Positions 53,895 to 57,432 of a DNA stretch of 57,432 nt are shown in pieces (within the stretch, counting starts at the first letter, position 1; every line of letters begins with the position of its first letter). The notes beneath the pieces were generated by a model. The model did not search any database. It was not told the origin of the DNA and worked only from the letters and a program-made list of their open reading frames with translations. The DNA is taken from the IMG/VR virus record IMGVR_UViG_3300035703_000111, positions 1 through 57,432 of that record. One strand, 5' to 3'. Origin of the DNA: a virus. Taxonomy: Duplodnaviria > Caudoviricetes. Position numbers and translations under genes: made by a program.

Positions 53895-55091
53895 ATGTCT
53901 AAGTTTCTGAGCGGTAGAGAAAGAGAATTAAAGATTGGTATTGTTTCATACACAGAGAACAATACTGTATTAGAAGTTGTAGGTAGTACAAATGTAACTG
54001 GTATTGTTACAGCAACTGGTGGTTTTAATCTAGGTATTTCATCTGCAGGAACTTCAATAACTTCAGGGCCAGTTACCACATTAAACTTTATTGGTGTAGG
54101 AAATACATTCGCTGTCAATGGCACAACAGTTGATATTAGTATTGCTGGTGAAAGTGGTGGTGGGGGAGGAGCATCAGTATCAATTGGACAAACACCACCA
54201 ACAAGTCCATCAGAAGGAGATCTTTGGTATAGTTCAGATCTTGGAAGAACTTTCATTTACTATAATGATGGTTCTTCGTCACAATGGGTCGATGCTGCAC
54301 CATTTAATATACCAGAGCCAGATGCGACTCCAGGCAAAACAACAGGAACTTTTACAGCAACTTCAGGACAGACAACGTTTAGTTACACATACAAACCAGG
54401 TTTTATTGATGTATTTTTAAATGGTATAAGATTAAATTCTACAGAATTTATAGCAAATAATGGAACAAGTATTACTCTATTAGAGGCAGCATCATTAGGT
54501 GATGTTTTGGATGTTGTTGAATATACAATGGGAATTGGTACTGCTGGACCTCAAGGGCCTGAAGGACCACTTTCTGGTGTTACATCAATAACAACAAATG
54601 GAACTTATTATCCACTATTTGTATCTGGAATTGGTAGTGTAAGTCCACATATTACGACTGTAAATGATTATTTTGAATTTAATCCTTCTTCTGGGACACT
54701 AACTTCAAATCAATTGAATATTATTGGTGCATCAACATTCTCATCAATTGTCGCATCACAAGCAAATATATCTGGTGTTTGTACTGCATTAGACTTTAAC
54801 TCAACTTCAGATAAAACACTAAAAAATAATATTCAAACTATAGAAAATCCAATAGAAAAAGTTCTTCAAATCAATGGAGTTTTATTTGAATGGAAAGAAA
54901 CTGGTGAAAAATCTGCGGGAGTAATTGCACAGGAAGTAGAGTCTGTCATTCCAGAGATCATTAAAGAAAATAATGGATCTAAAACAGTAAATTATAATGG
55001 ATTAGTTGGGTTATTGATCGAATCTGTTAAAAATCAACAGGAACAAATAAATATTTTGAAAGAAGAAATCAGACTTCTGAAGGAAAAATAA
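53895..55091 (+). CDS. tail fibre protein with C-terminal S74 chaperone
   Basis: Short GPQGPEGP collagen-like stretch; SDKTLK.NI..I.N....V..I.GV.F.WK....SAGVIAQE.E.V.PE. Confidence 0.88.
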   Translation: MSKFLSGRERELKIGIVSYTENNTVLEVVGSTNVTGIVTATGGFNLGISSAGTSITSGPVTTLNFIGVGNTFAVNGTTVDISIAGESGGGGGASVSIGQTPPTSPSEGDLWYSSDLGRTFIYYNDGSSSQWVDAAPFNIPEPDATPGKTTGTFTATSGQTTFSYTYKPGFIDVFLNGIRLNSTEFIANNGTSITLLEAASLGDVLDVVEYTMGIGTAGPQGPEGPLSGVTSITTNGTYYPLFVSGIGSVSPHITTVNDYFEFNPSSGTLTSNQLNIIGASTFSSIVASQANISGVCTALDFNSTSDKTLKNNIQTIENPIEKVLQINGVLFEWKETGEKSAGVIAQEVESVIPEIIKENNGSKTVNYNGLVGLLIESVKNQQEQINILKEEIRLLKEK

Positions 55092-56843
55092 ATGGGAAAA
55101 CCTAGACAGTCAGCAAACTTAGTTAGTGATGATAATATTTTCGTAAATATTAGTAATGATAGAGTTGGTATTGGAAGTACAATTCCAAGAGTAAAACTTG
55201 ATGTTAATGGCACAGTTTCTACGTCAAATCTAATTGTCGGTTCTGTTGGTTCGTCAGGAACAACTTTATATGTCAATGGTGATGCAAGAGTTGTTGGTGT
55301 ACTTTCAGTCGGTCAAGGAACTGTAACAATTGATGGAAATACAAATCAAATTAATGTAGGTTCAGCAGTCACAATTCATGAGACAAATGGAATTAGAGTA
55401 GGTGGAAATGCTTTACATTCAACCGGACTTACTCTCAATAATTTAAATGTAACAGGTGTAGTAACTTCAATTGGTGGAATAACTCTTGGTATCCAATCTG
55501 CTGGTACTAATGTTACGAGTGGAGTTGTAACTGCATTAAACTTTGTAGGAACTGGAAACTCTATTTCATATAATGCTGGTACTAAAACAGTAAATATTAG
55601 TATTGCAGGTGGTAGTGGAGGAGGAGGAGCATCTGCAACAAGACCTATACAATACTCATCAATATTTGTCGCCAATGATTCTGGATTTAACGGACAACTT
55701 GCATATTCTGGAACAGCAAGAACTGCTGGAGGAACTAAGGGAAATACATTTTTTATTGTTAGAGCTGAGGGATCAAGCACCGTAACCAGATATAGAGTCT
55801 ATCCAATCACTGTAGATAGAACAACAGGTGTTATTACTCAAGGAACGGCAGTTAATGCATGGAGTAATTCTTCTGTAGGAGGTAATTATAGTACAACACA
55901 TTTTGTGGGTCCAGACGGAACTGGTGCTATATTTGCTGGTGGACATAATGCAATACCAGGAACATCAACATATACTTTTTCATATTTCAAGTTTATAGTT
56001 AATGCAAATGGAACATTAAGTGATACTGCACAAGTTAATACTAATGCAGACCACGTAACAAATGGAACCTACATGACATTGCCAACTGCTATCAATAGTG
56101 GACTTATTCCTTCTGTTGGATACGATGCAAACAACAGTAGTAGAGCACATTATAGATTGAGTTCTACAAATGGAAGCACCATTACTGTTGGTAATATTGT
56201 AAGTCTTGGTTCAGATACTTCGACCGTTTATCCAGCTCAAATGTATTCACAACCTGGTGTATATCAATCAGGAACTCAAGCAATTGGATTTATCAGTTAT
56301 AGAGTCAATTCATCAACGTATTACATAAAAGCATTTTCTGCAAGTGGATTAAATGCTGATTATGCAGTTTCGGGATTTGAAAGTCAAATGTATGGATTTC
56401 AAATGGCAAACGGAGAAGTAATTCTTTATTGCAATTCAATTGGAAAAATTTTTAGATTTGCTTCATACAATAGCGTAACGGATATAACTTCAACTGCAAT
56501 AAGTAATTTTGTTCCAACCAACGTCTCTGGAAATTATGTTAAATTGCATTTTTGTACGGGAACTAATGAATTTGTTTTTTCTTTGAGTTCAATTGCGCCA
56601 TTTGCTTTCAATTCTCCATTAATAAAAGCAACATTAAGTAATTCAACTGGATTTACAATCACTGGACTAACTTCACCAGATTCTCTTACTTCACTTGGAT
56701 ATAATTCAGATTATACATCTCTATATCCACTTTATGCAAATGCGAATGATGCAACTCCAGATAAATTATTACTTTTTGCACAAGCAAACAATTACTTTAA
56801 AGCAAAAGTAATTAGTATGCCAACCTTTACTGCAGTAACATAA
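55092..56843 (+). CDS. tail fibre/receptor-binding protein
   Basis: RVGIGST.P...LDV.G repeats followed by a unique aromatic/Ser/Thr-rich C-terminal domain. Confidence 0.75.
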   Translation: MGKPRQSANLVSDDNIFVNISNDRVGIGSTIPRVKLDVNGTVSTSNLIVGSVGSSGTTLYVNGDARVVGVLSVGQGTVTIDGNTNQINVGSAVTIHETNGIRVGGNALHSTGLTLNNLNVTGVVTSIGGITLGIQSAGTNVTSGVVTALNFVGTGNSISYNAGTKTVNISIAGGSGGGGASATRPIQYSSIFVANDSGFNGQLAYSGTARTAGGTKGNTFFIVRAEGSSTVTRYRVYPITVDRTTGVITQGTAVNAWSNSSVGGNYSTTHFVGPDGTGAIFAGGHNAIPGTSTYTFSYFKFIVNANGTLSDTAQVNTNADHVTNGTYMTLPTAINSGLIPSVGYDANNSSRAHYRLSSTNGSTITVGNIVSLGSDTSTVYPAQMYSQPGVYQSGTQAIGFISYRVNSSTYYIKAFSASGLNADYAVSGFESQMYGFQMANGEVILYCNSIGKIFRFASYNSVTDITSTAISNFVPTNVSGNYVKLHFCTGTNEFVFSLSSIAPFAFNSPLIKATLSNSTGFTITGLTSPDSLTSLGYNSDYTSLYPLYANANDATPDKLLLFAQANNYFKAKVISMPTFTAVT

Positions 56844-56844
56844 G

Positions 56845-57048
56845 ATGTTTAATACACTAGAAGAATTAAGACAAGCAAGAAATCAAGCACTTGAAAACAG
56901 TGACTGGGCAGTTTTGCCTGACACTCCTCACGATAGTGAAGGATTTCAAACTGCAATTAGAATTTATAGACAACAACTTCGTGATCTACCACAAAGAGCA
57001 GAAGAACTTGGACTTGAAAATATAGAACTACCTCCATCACCACTCTAG
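56845..57048 (+). CDS. tail fibre assembly chaperone
   Basis: LR..RN..L..SDW..LPD......YRQ.LRDLP...P..P. Confidence 0.85.
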   Translation: MFNTLEELRQARNQALENSDWAVLPDTPHDSEGFQTAIRIYRQQLRDLPQRAEELGLENIELPPSPL

Positions 57049-57071
57049 GACACTTTCCAAACTGTCCACTT

Positions 57072-57099
57072 AACCTCACAGAGCGATCTGTGAGGTTTT
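57072..57099 (+). terminator. terminator hairpin
   Basis: AACCTCACAGA-GCGA-TCTGTGAGGTT followed by TT. Confidence 0.75.
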
Positions 57100-57126
57100 A
57101 TAGTAGCCAAAGAAATCTGAAGACTG

Positions 57127-57231
57127 ATGAGGTACTCCAACCTAGACCGACTGATTTTTGTTGGATCTTTTGTGTGGACTCTACACTGGGCATCAAAAGT
57201 ATCTGAAGTTGTCCTTAAATCTTTGTTCTGA
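57127..57231 (+). CDS. 34-aa hydrophobic peptide
   Basis: Not in ORF track. MRYSNLDRLIFVGSFVWTLHWASKVSEVVLKSLF; its stop is TGATG-coupled to the next ORF. Confidence 0.5.
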   Translation: MRYSNLDRLIFVGSFVWTLHWASKVSEVVLKSLF

Positions 57232-57432
57232 TGTACTGCCTTGATATTACAGGATATGGTGCTCGTAAGAGACGCGCAGAAGACTCTGTGGCTTGGTTTC
57301 TAAACAAGTACCTACCACGACACCACATCTATATTGAAATGCTTCACAGAGGTCTTTTGCGTGAAGGTGTATATGGATGGTGTAGTGTAACTGATTGTGA
57401 CTGGAGACCAAGAAGTTTTCTCATAGAGATTC
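57231..57432 (+). CDS. conserved cyanophage hypothetical protein (partial, runs off the window)
   Basis: Open frame MYCLDITGYG...WFLNKYLPRHHI...HRGL.REG.YGWC....D.RPR.F.IEI. Confidence 0.65.
   Translation, partial: MYCLDITGYGARKRRAEDSVAWFLNKYLPRHHIYIEMLHRGLLREGVYGWCSVTDCDWRPRSFLIEI

Noticed and set aside
34259-56843. Diversity-generating retroelement acting on fibre genes (Mtd-like N-terminus at 50206)
   Set aside because: No reverse transcriptase and no template/variable repeat pair differing only at adenines was seen.
1-57432. Stop-codon reassignment, introns or inteins
   Set aside because: Core genes appear full-length in the standard code, TAA/TAG/TGA all act as stops, and no split genes or intein motifs were seen.

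Overview
This window is a 57-kb, AT-rich, densely coding segment of a T4-like cyanomyovirus (Kyanoviridae-type, most plausibly infecting a freshwater Synechococcus/Cyanobium-like host; this is inferred from cp12, phoH, thyX, speD, DUF4278 peptides behind a glutamine riboswitch, and T4 core genes). Layout: (1) 1-9.2 kb, early/middle genes (conserved cyanophage hypotheticals, speD, a HiPIP-like Fe-S protein, a riboswitch-controlled micro-ORF operon, thyX, phoH, exonuclease, gp33, gp59, gp2, gp4, gp32); (2) 9.2-24.5 kb, baseplate/tail module (gp53, gp48, tube-like protein, gp26, gp51, two long tape-measure-like proteins carrying amidase, RlpA-like and M23 domains, cp12, gp5); (3) 24.5-27.5 kb, a tRNA/accessory islet (HNH, tRNA-Leu, tRNA-Thr, 2OG oxygenase, Mom-like GNAT, candidate sRNA); (4) 27.6-57 kb, a long fibre/adhesin region. 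The best candidate for an undescribed system is in region 4. An operon of three 2OG-Fe(II) oxygenases, a carbamoyltransferase, a GT9-like glycosyltransferase, a DUF6165-like protein and a sulfotransferase sits between two paralogous three-gene cassettes, each encoding a Gly/Pro/Cys-rich gp38-like adhesin. I propose this is a phage-encoded post-translational tailoring pathway for receptor-binding tips. Other strong candidates are a -1 frameshift fusing gp26 to gp51 (lambda G/GT-like), a HiPIP with a T4 capsid-targeting-like N-terminus, and a nested double glutamine aptamer with an NtcA box. All product calls come from motif recognition by eye; no database searches were run.
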